Positions 1 through 12,640 are shown, numbered from the stretch's first letter. The stretch is DNA of 64,000 nt from Eledone cirrhosa (GCA_964016885.1 OZ024754.1:9982001-10046000), one strand, 5' to 3'. Made by a program: numbers and translations. Notes: a model not told the origin generated them from the sequence alone.

Positions 1-819
1 ATTAAATGAAATAAAAATTGTTTTAGACAAAGAACTTTTATTAAATTTTATCAAAAGTCTCTTTATCTCACAGAACCCTAGCATGTTTTGGCAAAGCCTT
101 AGGGTTCTTTCCAAACCACTTCTAGAAACTCTTCTCTAGACAGTTTAATCAATATACTGTTTGTTTAGCAGCTTAAAGCATCCTTTCAATTTTACCATTC
201 TTACTTTAGTAATCCAACGGCTTGATTGTCTACGCAGTCAGATATGACCGCAAGTTGCTGCAAAGGTACACACACAAAGACACGTGTGTAGGTGTATGTA
301 CACACACGGGCGCCCACGTGCACGCACACACACACACAACTCTATCCTCCACATTATTCTATACACCTGTGACTGATCAAAACAAAACTCTGTCAGTTCT
401 GACATTGTTCCTTTCACTGAATGTTTTTGATGTTAGATTGGAAAACACTTATCTCAGAGAAGGGATTAGTTATAGTAAGACTAATAATGTAAAATCCATG
501 CTATCACCTTTACTATTTAATAAAAACAGATTCCTTACAAATCTGGAAAAGATTTCATTCTTTTCTTTTCTCTCTTTTCCTTATTCTTTTAATTTTTCTT
601 TCCTACTGATATATTTACGCGTTTCCTATGTTATCTACATTATTTCGTCTAAACATGAGGGGGGAGAGATTAGTGGATTAGCAGGATAAATAACTAGATT
701 GGATTAATCTGCTTTTCCTACCAATACGAAGTACAAACACAAAAACCAGCAGAAAGATATCAGAAACATCCTTCAATCAGATCTCTCATAGTTTGATATA
801 AACAGAAAAGAAAACTTAC

Positions 820-883
820 CAATCTTAAAATGGACACAGCCTTCTAAATTCCCAACATTTAGCCAGCCATTTTTTTTCTCACT
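820..883 (-). CDS. MAP4K4-family CNH exon: SEKKNGWLNVGNLEGCVHFKI
   Basis: ggtttctttcag| ... ATT G|gtaagt. 64 nt, phase 0 to 1. Matches the family motif EKKQGW..VGDLEGCVHYKV. Confidence 0.95.
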
Positions 884-1267
884 CTGAAAGAAACCAGAAA
901 GAAAACACAGGAGTATAATACATTGTTTCAAGTTAATGATGAAGATGGTAATAATGATGATGATGATGATGGAGATGGTAATGATGATGATGTTAATAAT
1001 GGCTAATATACAGTCCAATCTGAAGTACTGCACAAAATGGAAATTAACACTTTCATTACCATATTCATATTGAAAAATATTGTATATGATTTTCAATTAA
1101 TTCTTTTTTTTTAGTAATCAGGAGGGATTTAGTGATATAACCAACTTTCCAACAAAAATTAAGATGGAAGGTTTTTAGATGAATACAATCTAAAATAAAC
1201 AGCTTTCAATCATTATCTGAGGTGATTTCAAGCAGTTTTGTATCAACAATGATAATATACTATACAT

Positions 1268-2063
1268 TGACAAAAAGCACCCAATCCACATTGTAAAATG
1301 GTAGTGTAGATGTCATGACAAAAAGCACCCAACCCACACTGTAAAGAGGTTGTGTAGATGTCATGACAAAAAGCACCCAGTACACACTATAAAGTGGTCA
1401 TGTAGATGTCATGACAAAAAGCACCCAGTACACACTGTAAAGTGGTCATGTAGATGTCATGACAAAAAGCACCCAGTACACACTGTAAAGTGGTCATGTA
1501 GATGTCATGACAAAAAGCACCCAGTACACACTGTAAAGTGGTCGTGTAGGTGTCATGACAAAAAGCACCCAGTACACACTGTAAAGTGTTTGTGTAGATG
1601 TCATGACAAAAAGCACCCGGTACACACTGTAAAGTGGTCGTGTAGGTATCATGACAAAAAGCACCCAGTGGTCGTGTAGATGTCATGACAAAAAGCACCC
1701 AGTACACACTGTAAAGTGGTTGTGTAGATGTCATGACAAAAAGCACCCAGTACACACTGTAAAGTGGTCGTGTAGGTATCATGACAAAAAGCACCCAGTG
1801 GTCGTGTAGATGTCATGACAAAAAGCACCCAGTACACACTGTAAAATGGTAGTGTAGATGTCATGACAAAAAGCACCCAGTACACACTGTAAAGTGGTCG
1901 TGTAGGTGTCATGACAAAAAGCACCCAGTACACACTGTAAAGTGGTTGTGTAGATGTCATGACAAAAAGCACCCAGTACACACTGTAAAGTGGTCGTGTA
2001 GGTATCATGACAAAAAGCACCCAGTGGTCGTGTAGATGTCATGACAAAAAGCACCCAGTACAC
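1268..2063. repeat. 48-bp minisatellite (about 17 units) derived from the SINE A internal unit
   Basis: Unit catgacaaaaagcacccagtacacactgtaaagtggtcgtgtagatgt; a shortened unit recurs at about 1667, 1797 and 2023. Confidence 0.95.
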
Positions 2064-2834
2064 AATAATTATATATTTCTCCCCCAAACTACCAAAACAC
2101 ACAACTATTTGCATAAGCACTACAATTTATGTACATGTTATGTTTATCGCACATCAAAGTTTTTTTTTATATCTTCATTGATATTTGATACTAACAGCTG
2201 AACTAATTACTACAACTAAATTGACCAAATTTGGCCCTCTGCCAATTCAGAAATGCTTCCACTGCCCCTGCATACTCATGACATCAATCAAAGGCACATA
2301 AATTAGTTTATCAAATGAAAGGTAAGATAACATGCCACAGTAGCCAAAAACACAAAAGTGGAAGTGGGGTGCAGGGATTTAAAACTAGTTGCAAAGTGAT
2401 ACCATCTAACTTACAAATATAACAATAGCATGGCCACAGTTCAATGGCTGAAACTTGTAAACAAATTAAGTAATACTGTTGACAGAGATTCACATTTTCA
2501 AGTTTCATGGTTCATATACTCTTTATACAGATGACTTTGAACATCTGATTCTGTTCTTGTTTCTCAGGCAAAACCACTAAATTTTTTTGTATGGGTGGGC
2601 AAAATCGAAAATGCAAGAAGAGGTTATGTATATTATGAATTGGCAGTATTGGTAGAGAGTCGGACACCATGCTTTAAAGCATAGAGTTACGTCCCTTTAT
2701 GATCTGAGTTCAAATCCCGCCGAGGTTAACTTTGCCTTTCATCCTTACGGGGTCGATAAAATAAAGTACCAGTAATGTACTGGGTAATTGCTGGCCTTGT
2801 GCCTAAAATAGAAACAATTATGATATAGAGCCAT

Positions 2835-3480
2835 AACTCTTGAGGACTTGTAAGGCCGCCATATTAACCTAGTGTTTTTAGGGTATTTTTTAAACCTGGC
2901 AGAGCCCATCTCTTCTCCAGGCCTGAATACAGCAGATTTCTTCCAGAGAAGGATAGAGAGTGTGAGAGAAAGGAAGTGAGAAAGAGATATAGAGGAAGAA
3001 TCGACCCCAGTACTTGACTGGTACTTTTAATGGATGAAAGACAAAGTTGAACTTGGCAGAATTTGAACTCAGAGAGCACAGAGCTGAAATGAATACTACA
3101 AAACATTATGGAGGCACATGGCTTAGTGGTTAGAGCATTGGCCTTGCAATCGAGAGGTTGTGAGTTCAATTCTCAGACCGGGTGATGTGTTGTTTCCTTG
3201 AGCAAGACACTTTATTTCACATTGCTCCAGTTTACTCAGCTGTAGAAATGAGATGATAGGGACCCCAGTCCCTATCATTCCACTGCAAAGTGGTCGTGGA
3301 GGTGCCACGACAAAAAAGCACCCAGCACTCACTGTAAATGAGGTTGGTGTTAGGAAGGGCATCCAGCTGTAGAAATCAAGACAGCATCAATTCCCGTCCC
3401 ACCCTGCAAGCAGGGAGAAGTGGACGTAAAATGAAATGATGATTCTATCTGACATTCTAATGACTGTCAATTCACTGCCT
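2835..3480 (-). mobile_element. SINE family C (B-like centre, different 3' part), interrupted by a family A copy. Other copies near 11538-11830 and 16990-17190
   Basis: Shared blocks aaacctggcagagc, cagcagatttcttccagagaa and ccccagtacttgactggtac; B box on the minus strand. Confidence 0.7.
3108..3443 (+). mobile_element. tRNA-derived SINE family A, full length, with RTE-type 3' tail
   Basis: A box tggcttagtgg, B box gagttcaattc, body ccttgagcaagacac, tail gcaagcagggagaagtggacgtaaaatga(atg)n. Near-identical copies elsewhere in the window. Confidence 0.9.
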
Positions 3481-5338
3481 TCGGGTTATGTATATCATTA
3501 GATCATTCTAATATATACAGCAACACCATCTTTCTTTTACTCATTCAGTTACTCTCTCTTTCTCCCACTCTTGCTCTCACTCTCTCTCCTCCTACTCAAT
3601 CGATTATAATATTGAATAACATTTTTGAGAAGCACACTTTAGTAAACAAAAGTTCAACATTTAAGTGACATGTAGACTTTGTTTAAGAGTTAATAATATT
3701 AAACCCAGAAACTTTTATGTAACTCATAATGAGAGAGAGGGGTGGGGGAGATATGGTGGAGGCAGGAATCATTAATATCTTATGTTAATAAATTACAACA
3801 ATAAAGAAAAAAGAATTAACATTTCAAATGCATATTGCAGCTGATTTGACTAATTTTCCAATTTACATGTAAAAAGCTCTCAATACATTTCCCCCCACCT
3901 TCTCACCTTTCTCTCTACAATTTTTTATCTAATTATATAATATTATAATCTTACTTTTTTTTTTTTTCAGATTTAAAAAAAAAATTATTTTTATGGAATA
4001 AAAACAATTTAGACACATTAAAACAATAATAATATGAATAAAAATTGTAACAGAAGACTGCTTTTATTTAGTTAGTTAATTTCAGAGACTAGAACAGTGT
4101 TTGATGTTCAAAGCTTTGTAAATGAAGAGCATAAAAATGCTTGTTGAAAACAAATGAGGCTCCGAGATAGCCGAGGAGGTAATTAAAGCAAGTTCTGAAT
4201 TAACGAATTACACTAATGTGTTATTAACAGGTATGGGTAAGGTAGAATGTTAAATCTGAGGCTGGAGTGTGTTGTGTATTGTTCTAAAAGAGCATCAGTG
4301 AAAACAATAAAAAGACAATGGCAACAAATTAGAAAGAAAGAATGGCAAGTAAGGTGGGGTGGGAAAGTAATTAATATTGGTGTTAAGTAAAAGACTTTTC
4401 AAAGAAGGAGGTCATTAAATAACTAATTCTAATGATCTTGTATAGTAATTTTCAGTGCCAACCAAAAATTGTGCAGAACATATATGGTGAGAGAATTTAT
4501 TATGAATTCAAAGCAACTAATAAATATGAATAGCTATACAGGATTGGCTGTGTGGTTAAGAGGTTTGTCTCACAACCACATTGTATAGGCTTCCATTCCA
4601 CTTTGTGGCACCTACTATAACCTCAGGTTGACTAATTCCTTGTGAGGGAAAGTGAGGAATAATTGGTAAATAACAGTCAAATAATCTGGCAACTATATAT
4701 ATATATATAATACATATATATAAATACATACACAAGCACAATAACAACAAACACATAAACACACACTAGTAAACTGAGATAGAATACAATAACAATACAC
4801 AGTCACCCAAACACGAACACACATCAAACACTACACACACACACGCAAACGCAGAGAAGACAAAAAAAATAAATAAACAGAGTAAATAAAGATGGCGTAG
4901 GCATACAATGCAATGGGAGGAAACATAATGGCACCACTGACGATGTTGCAGATATGTAACGAAAGAACTTTGTTAGACTATATATATGTGCTTGTGTTTA
5001 TACTGTATCTGTATTTTTGACCGTTGGTCAGTCAATGGTAACATTGAGGACCGAATAAATTAAATTAACCGATATAAAAGACACAGAAGCGAAACCCAAC
5101 CAAACAGTGAGTGTGTTCTGTTATTAATTCTGGCAATATTATTACACAAATATGACCCTCCCCAAGTATAAAAATATATATATATATATATATAAATATA
5201 CACGGGTGTGTATGATTGTGTATAGAAGATTATATTAATAAAAGGAATTCCAACTTTGTCTGATTTACTCGTTTTATTTACAATCCTTTAAAATTATAAT
5301 GAAATAGTATGGTAGAATATTAAATGTTAAGTGTTAAT

Positions 5339-5377
5339 TGAACAAGTACTTTCATGCTTTCGCAATCTTCAGGTTCA
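5339..5377 (-). ncRNA. Minimal hammerhead ribozyme motif (left arm of palindrome)
   Basis: UGAAC-CUGAAGA-U UGC GAAA GCA U-GAAA-GUAC-UU/GUUCA. GNRA-capped stem II and a palindromic stem III loop. Confidence 0.75.
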
Positions 5378-5449
5378 TATTCAGTGGTGACAGTCAAGTT
5401 TGCAATTTTCACAGTTGAAAATTGCAAACTTGACTGTCACCACAGAATA

Positions 5450-5488
5450 TGAACCTGAAGATTGTGAAAGCATGAAAGTACTTGTTCA
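5450..5488 (+). ncRNA. Minimal hammerhead ribozyme motif (right arm of palindrome)
   Basis: tgaac-ctgaaga-ttgtgaaagcat-gaaa-gtac-tt-gttca. One C>T change turns a stem II pair into U-G. Confidence 0.7.
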
Positions 5489-5763
5489 ATTAACACTTAA
5501 CATTTAATATTCTACCATATTATTTCATTATAATATTATAATTTTAAAGGATTGTAAATAAAACGAGTAAATCAGACAAAGTTGGAATTCCTTTTATTTA
5601 TATATGTATACTCCAGGTCTGAACACAAAAGAACGAAATTCCTACTGGCACTGACTCCGTCTCTCAGTAATATGTTACTGCATGCATACATACATACAAA
5701 CTGTGAGAAAGCCTATTATAAGTATATCATCATCATTTTTACAACTGCTCTGCCATATATATA

Positions 5764-6060
5764 TGTGATGTGTTGTTTCCTTGAGCAAGACACATTATTT
5801 CACATTGCTCCAGTTTATTCAGCTGTAGAGATGAGATGATAGGACTGGGGTCCCTATCATTCCACTGCAAAGTGGTTGTAGAGGTGCCATGGCAAAAAAG
5901 CACCCAGCTCACACTGTAAAGTGGTCGTGTAGGCGCCACGGAAGAAAAGTACCCAGCACTCACTGTAAATGAGGTTGGTGTTAGGAAGGGCATCCAGCTG
6001 TAGAAATAAGTTCCTGTCCTACCCTTGCAAGCGGGGAAAAGCAGATGTAAAATGATGATG
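5764..6060 (+). mobile_element. SINE family A, 5'-truncated, with a duplicated internal 48-bp unit
   Basis: Aligns to 3183-3443. Confidence 0.85.
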
Positions 6061-6071
6061 ATATACATATA

Positions 6072-6953
6072 CAGGGTGTGGACGATATTTTTCGTAATTT
6101 TCAACTGCTAATTTTATGCAAATTTTTTTTACTTCCGTTGTCACTCTTGTCTTCATAAAAACAGTGACTATATTTCCATTATTTATTCTCAGAATAATTG
6201 ATTATGAATAATTTTGAACCTCCAAATTTGTGGAAGAGACACGGAGTTCTTCTTGGAATCCGCGCCGGGAGGACAAATAAGACCAGAAGATCAACTCCCA
6301 GAACAACAGGTGGCTCGCTGTCTCATCCAAAGACGTGCCCAGAGTCATGCAGACAAAGTTTCCAGCAACAACATTGGTCTTAGGTGTTGTCAGCAGTCAA
6401 GGTGACGTCATGCCACCTCACTTCTTCCCTGAGGGCCTCAAGCTGAACACCGATGGCTACATCCGCGTTCTGAGCGAGGTAGTAAAGCCCTGGATCGACC
6501 AGGTAGCTGCAGGTAGGCCGTACGTGTGGCAGCAAGACTCAGCGCCCTGCCATACAGCCGGAAGACCCAAGCCTGGCTGTCAGAGAACTTCGTCGACCAC
6601 ACTTCACCTGACATCTGGCCTCCCAGCTCGCCTGACTGCAACCCCCTCGACATTTTTGTGTGGGGCGCAGTGGAACGAGACACCAACAGATCTAGCTGCA
6701 ATACGAAAGACGATCTGAAGGCCAGGATCACAAGTGCCTTTAAGTCGGGGGACAGTGACGAAGGCCTGTAGCCGGTTCTGAGGCCGCCTTGAGGCCGTCA
6801 TCAAAGCCAATCGCGGGTTTATCGAGTGAGATCGAAAGAACAAGTCATGAAGACAAACTGACCCAAGTTTGATAAATATATCTTAAAAAATAAAACTACT
6901 GTGTTATTTTTTCCTAGACAGTAATCTTGCGAACAAATATCGTCCGCACCCTG
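6072..6953 (+). mobile_element. Internally deleted Tc1/mariner-superfamily transposon, DD37D (maT) type
   Basis: TIRs cagggtgtggacgatattt / aaatatcgtccgcaccctg flanked by TA. Frameshifted transposase C-terminus WQQDSAPCH...WPPSSPDCNPLD with 37 residues between the last two catalytic Asp after repairing a 1-nt frameshift. Confidence 0.92.
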
Positions 6954-7078
6954 TATATGTATATATCCAGGGAGAGTAACGTGAAGTTACTGTAGGTTCA
7001 CCCAGGTGAGCACTCAATGTTTAGCTTCACGTCAGTAGCGAGGTGTAGAACTAGACATTCTGTCATTACTACAACAGA

Positions 7079-7153
7079 GGTCCGACGAGTTTTTGAGTCC
7101 AGAGTTGATACAGATCGAACCTTGAGCTGATCAATAGTGAAACACGTGTCACC
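7079..7153 (+). ncRNA. Variant or degenerate hammerhead motif (CCGACGA core, long stem II)
   Basis: ggt-ccgacga-[50 nt including ttgatacag/ctgatcaa stem]-gaaa-cacgtg-tc-acc, then aataaa at 7158-7163. Confidence 0.5.
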
Positions 7154-7192
7154 AACCAATAAATGTAATGAAGGCTTAACCAGTCATCATTG

Positions 7193-7223
<31 letters not shown>

Positions 7224-7724
7224 TAAGGGCAGTGGATTGGCAGTATCAGTAGAGGGTCTGACGCCATGGTTGCCAGCATAATGTTACGTCCCTTTACAGT
7301 CTGAGTTCAAATCCCGCCGAGGTTAACTTTGCCTTTTATCCTTACGGGGTTGATAAAATAAAGCACCTGTAATGTACTGGGGTCGATTTAATCAACTTTC
7401 CCATCCCCCAAAATTACTGGCCTTGAGCCTATACTAGAAATCATTATTATTATATAATAAAGTACCAGTAATGCACTGGGTAATTGCTGGCCTTGTGCCT
7501 AAAGTAGAAACCATTATTATTATATATATGTGTGTATGTGTACATGTGTGTATGTGTACATGTGTGTGTGTGTACGTATAAGTGTGTATGTCAGTTTACT
7601 GTAGACACCATTTTAACAATGTCTAAAAAGGAAGGAATGACATTTGTTTAAGGGCCACCATGTGGTGATTTGATGAAAAGGGGCAGCACTTACAATGTTT
7701 TTCATGATAAAACACGTTCTCTCT

Positions 7725-8199
7725 TATATACACACACACACATATATATATATACACACACATATATATATATATACACACACATATATATATATATACA
7801 CACATATATATATACACACACACACACATATATATATATACACACACACACATATATATACACACACATATATATACACACACATATATATACACACACA
7901 TATATATATATATACATATATATATATAAATACACACACATATATACACACACATATATATATACACACACATATATATACACACACATATATATACACA
8001 CATATATATATACACACACATATATATATATACACACACACATATATATATATACACACATATATATACACACACACACACATATATATACACACACACA
8101 TATATATATACACACACATATATATATATATACACACACATCATGATGATGATGATGATGATGACACATATATATATACACACACACATATATATATAT

Positions 8200-8230
<31 letters not shown>

Positions 8231-8292
8231 CATACACACACACATATATATATATACACACACATATATATACACACACACATATATATATA
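7725..8292. repeat. Compound (TA)n/(CA)n microsatellite (representative of many, e.g. 9285-9602, 31370-32052, 37200-37775, 54810-55520, 63325-63697)
   Basis: Direct inspection. Confidence 0.95.
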
Positions 8293-9343
8293 AATAAGTA
8301 AGTTTATATATAATCAAGGGCACCTGACCATAGAAAAAAAGAAAACGGCCTCAAAAGATCTTATCCAACCCACGCTAGCATAGAAAATAAATAAAAATGA
8401 CATCAGGATGACCTTTCTAATCCTCCAAAAGTTCTTACACAACATTACGATGGAAGGATGGCGGAGAAATATAAACACTTTAAAATCTACAGCCTTTGTA
8501 TTATACACACACATATATATTTGTATTATATATCGTGGAGTGGTTTCAGGCAGTTTCACAACAAAAGGGTTAATAATGTAATTATTGTGTTACGCCATTT
8601 CAAATAGGAACAGTTGAACACATGCCTCAGGTAACCAATATTGGATACACTACCACCACCCCCTATTGCTTCATCATCATCATCATTGTCCTAATCATCA
8701 TCATTGTCCTCATCATCATCATCAGCATCATCATTGTCCTCATCGTCAGCATCATCATCATCATTGTCATCATTATCAATGTTATCGTTGTCATTTATTA
8801 TTGTTGTGAATTGGCAGTATCGGTAGAGGGTCTGACGCCATGCTTTACAGCATAGTTACGTCCCTTTACAGTCTGAGTTCCAATCCCGCCGAGGTTAACT
8901 TTGCCTTTCATCCTTACGGGGTCGATAAAATAAGGTACCAGTAATGTACTGGGATAATTGCTGGCCTTGTTCCAATAGTAGAAACAATTATTATTATTGC
9001 CGTTATTTTTATTATTATTATTTTTTTTTTAATTATCCTTATTGTTATTGTTGTCATTTATTATCATCATCATCATAATCATTATTGTTGTCGTTTGTTA
9101 CTATCATTATTATTATTATAAAGTACCAGTAATGTACTGGGATAATTGCTGGCCTTGTGCCAAAAGTAGAAACAATTATTCCTCCCCTTTCTAGGTTTTA
9201 CTATTATTCCTGTTACTAAACATGTAATCCATTTCTTCCTCTTGTATTTCTAGAGAATGTAAATAGAGTTCAACAGAATCATGACACAAACACACACACA
9301 CACATGTGTGTGTATATACACACATATGTGTGTATATACACAC

Positions 9344-9404
<61 letters not shown>

Positions 9405-9512
9405 AACACACACACACACATATGTGTGTATATACACACATGTGTGTGTATATATATATATATATATATACAAACACACACACACACATATGTGTGTATA
9501 TACACACATGTG

Positions 9513-9596
<84 letters not shown>

Positions 9597-9677
9597 TATA
9601 TACGTAGGTCCCGGGTTGAGTCGGGGATAACCACAGTAAGTAAGGTACTCGATACATGGCAGAGTAAAATTTTTTTA

Positions 9678-9789
9678 TTTTATAGAAGGAGCTTCTACAG
9701 GACTAGTACTGTTTCATTCAGATGAAATCTTCAGGACTGAAGATTTCATCTGAATGAAACAGTACTAGTCCTGTAGAAGCTCCTTCTAT

Positions 9790-9793
<4 letters not shown>
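9678..9793. repeat. Perfect palindrome, 57-bp arms and a 2-nt spacer
   Basis: ttttatagaaggagcttc...tcttcag-ga-ctgaaga...gaagctccttctataaaa. Confidence 0.97.
9737..9780 (+). ncRNA. Hammerhead core, mirrored on the minus strand at 9691-9734; the 5' strand of stem I is lost at the inversion point
   Basis: ctgaaga-tttcatctgaat-gaaa-cag tactagtc ctg-ta-gaagc. Confidence 0.6.
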
Positions 9794-9823
<30 letters not shown>

Positions 9824-9936
9824 TATATATATATATACACAAACACACACACACAGAAACATACCCCCCCCCCACCACGCACATATATATACATACATAC
9901 ATATATCTACACATACGTACATATATACATACATAT

Positions 9937-9967
<31 letters not shown>

Positions 9968-12140
9968 CATACATACATGGTGGCTGCCAACTCGTTTTCG
10001 AGTACGGCCACTACTTTATATCCATGTAGGAGAACCCCTACCGATGCGCTGAACGAGTGTACATACATACATACATACTCGCTGAACGAGTGTACATACA
10101 TACATATATATATATATATAAACATACACTTCCCAGTCCATGCAAATATACATACATACACACACAAACACACAGACATACATATATACAGAAACATACA
10201 CTTTCCAGTCCTTGTAAGTATACACACACACACATTACATACATACATACACATATGCACACATACATATATACACACACACATACATATAAACGCACAT
10301 ACATATATATACACACGCACACACACATACACACATATATATATATATATACACATGCACACACACACAGACATACATACATACATACACAGACATACAC
10401 ACACACATACATACACCTACAATGAGAAGGTACATTGAGTAACAGACACAGGGAAACATTAAGAAGTGAAATACAGACACACAGACACACAGCAAGACAC
10501 ACATACAGAGATATACGCATAAAAAAACCCAACCAACCAAACAAACAAGCAAAAAAACAAAAACAAAATGTCTTCCCTCAAAACTTATTGATGGCAGGAC
10601 TACAAATGGTTATATCTTGACATGCCTTCTTCCAAGGTATGAGATATCGGGAAGTAACAACGCTTGTTGGATATTCTCAGCTGGGAATAATTCTTCTTTC
10701 CTAAGAAACTATCACACTCTAAACTTGTCGACATGTTTATTTATATCATATCAGAGCTATCTATGCATGTAAAACATCCATCGAATGTGGCCGAAATGAA
10801 ATATGCAAATAGCAAGTGAAAAACTTTCAACAATGATTAGAAAGACATCTCTATAAGTGCAAAAAGAAGGAGAGCAGACAGCAATAAAGTGAGGAGCGGG
10901 ATGGAATGGGTAAATGAATAAATCTAAGATAAACAGATTGTAATTAGAAAATATGGAAATGATAAAGTTTCTCTAGTTTTCATTTTTCTGTCTTGGGTTT
11001 TTTTTCTTTGGATATAAAATTGTCATGTAAAGTCTTGTTGGCAAGTGACCGAAATCACAGATAATTTAACAACTTTAGCTAGATTTATGTATATGGCCTA
11101 TTCCAGTTGACTGGTTTAAAATGCATATGTGGACAGCTATTTATTAGGTTAAAGATGGATTATTTAAGCTAGAAGACATAAGAATGTGTGTGTATGTGGT
11201 GTCATCATCATCATCATCATCATCATATGTGTACAGAAACAGACACACACACATGCATGTTCACATACGCATGCATGTTTACATGCACATCACCATTATC
11301 GTTTAACGTCCATTATCCATGCTAAAATGGGTTAGACAGGTTGTCCCCTTAGAGGCAAGTTGGGTCAGGTGACCGTGTCTTGCTCATACAGGACTGCTTC
11401 TGGTTAGGTTTCTATGGCTGGGTGCCACACAATAGAATCTAGTCTGAGAGTTTATGATTGCGAAGTGAACTTCTCAACCATTCAGGCTAGTAGGCTCCAC
11501 ATGTTAAATAGTAGGATTAGTGTGGCATGGACTCGTAACTCCTGGGGGAGTCATAGAGGCACTATATTGACATACAGCATTTCTTAGGGCTTTCTTTAAA
11601 CCTGGCAGAGCTCAGAGAACGATGGAGAGTGAGAGAAAGGAAATGAGAAAGAGATATAGAAGAAGAATCAACCCCAGTACTTGACTGGTACTTTTTAATC
11701 AACCTAACATAGATGAAAGGCAAAGTTTACCTCAGCAGGTTTTGAACAAAGAAACCAAAGAGAGAGAGAGATGGAATGAATACAGCAAAGGACTCTATCC
11801 AATTTTCTAACGACTTTGCCAATTCACGTCTATAATAGGATTAGGAAGAATTAATACAGACTTAATCAAATTAGTTAACACTAGAGAATACTCTCAGATT
11901 ACAGCTGCAAATATGTAGTAGCTACAGCATTACCTTTATTTTGTTGTTGTTGTTGGATCTTCATTATTTCCAACAACAGGTGTTACAGTTGATTCAATCA
12001 ACAGAACTGCCAGCTCATGAAGTTAACATGTAAGTGGCTGAGCATTCCACAGACACTTGCACCCTTCACATGGATCTCAAGGTACTTCAGCATGACACAA
12101 TGTGTGACAAGGCTGGCCCCTTTAAATTACAGGTACAACT

Positions 12141-12480
12141 ATGGAGGCATATGGCTTAGTGGTTAGAGCATTGGCCTAGCAATCGAAAGATTGTGAGTTC
12201 AATTCTCAGACCGGGTGATGTGTTGTTTCCTTGAGCAAGACACTTTATTTCACATTGCTCCAGTTTACTCAGCTGTAGAAATGAGATGGGGTCCCTATCA
12301 TTCCACTGCAAAGTGGTCGTGGAGGTGCCACGGCAAAAGAACACCCAGCACTCACTGTAAATGAGGTTGGTGTTAGGAAGGGCATCCAGCTGTAGATATC
12401 AAGCCAGAATCAGTCCCCGTCCCACCCTTGCAAACAGGGAAAAGTGGACGTAAAATGAAATGAAATGATGAATGAAATGA
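12141..12480 (+). mobile_element. SINE family A, full length
   Basis: Same head, body and tail as 3108-3443. Confidence 0.9.
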
Positions 12481-12640
12481 ACTCATTTTTGCTACCTGAG
12501 TAGCAATGTGAAGTAAAGTGGTTTAGGAATCAAACTCCCAACTTTACAGTTGGGAATTGAACACCCTAACCCTAACCACTAAAATCATCACAGTTTGCTA
12601 CTAACTATAGATCAAAATCAAATTTCATGAAAACAGTTAA

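Larger units (their letters stand above)
5237..5598. repeat. Long near-perfect palindrome, about 175-bp arms and a 4-nt loop at 5412-5415
   Basis: Arms differ by three substitutions and a short indel. Contains the two inverted hammerhead motifs. Confidence 0.97.

Noticed and set aside
222-689. 155-aa plus-strand ORF
   Set aside because: Non-ATG start, low-complexity segments, no recognisable domain, and antisense within an intron.
1350-1679. Cys/His-repeat ORF resembling a zinc-finger array
   Set aside because: Translation of a SINE-derived 48-bp minisatellite; the spacing does not match C2H2 fingers.
3110-3180. Possible tRNA genes at SINE heads
   Set aside because: A and B boxes are present, but there is no complete cloverleaf and each continues into a SINE body.
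3123-3362. Recurrent 79-aa [12 protein letters not shown]...QCSNH
   Set aside because: Antisense reading of SINE family A; it recurs because the SINE is repeated.
7623-8297. YI/HT/CV-repeat ORFs throughout the window
   Set aside because: Translations of (TA)n/(CA)n microsatellites.
12564-12578. ccctaaccctaacc telomere-like repeat
   Set aside because: Only two units, within a degenerate SINE head.
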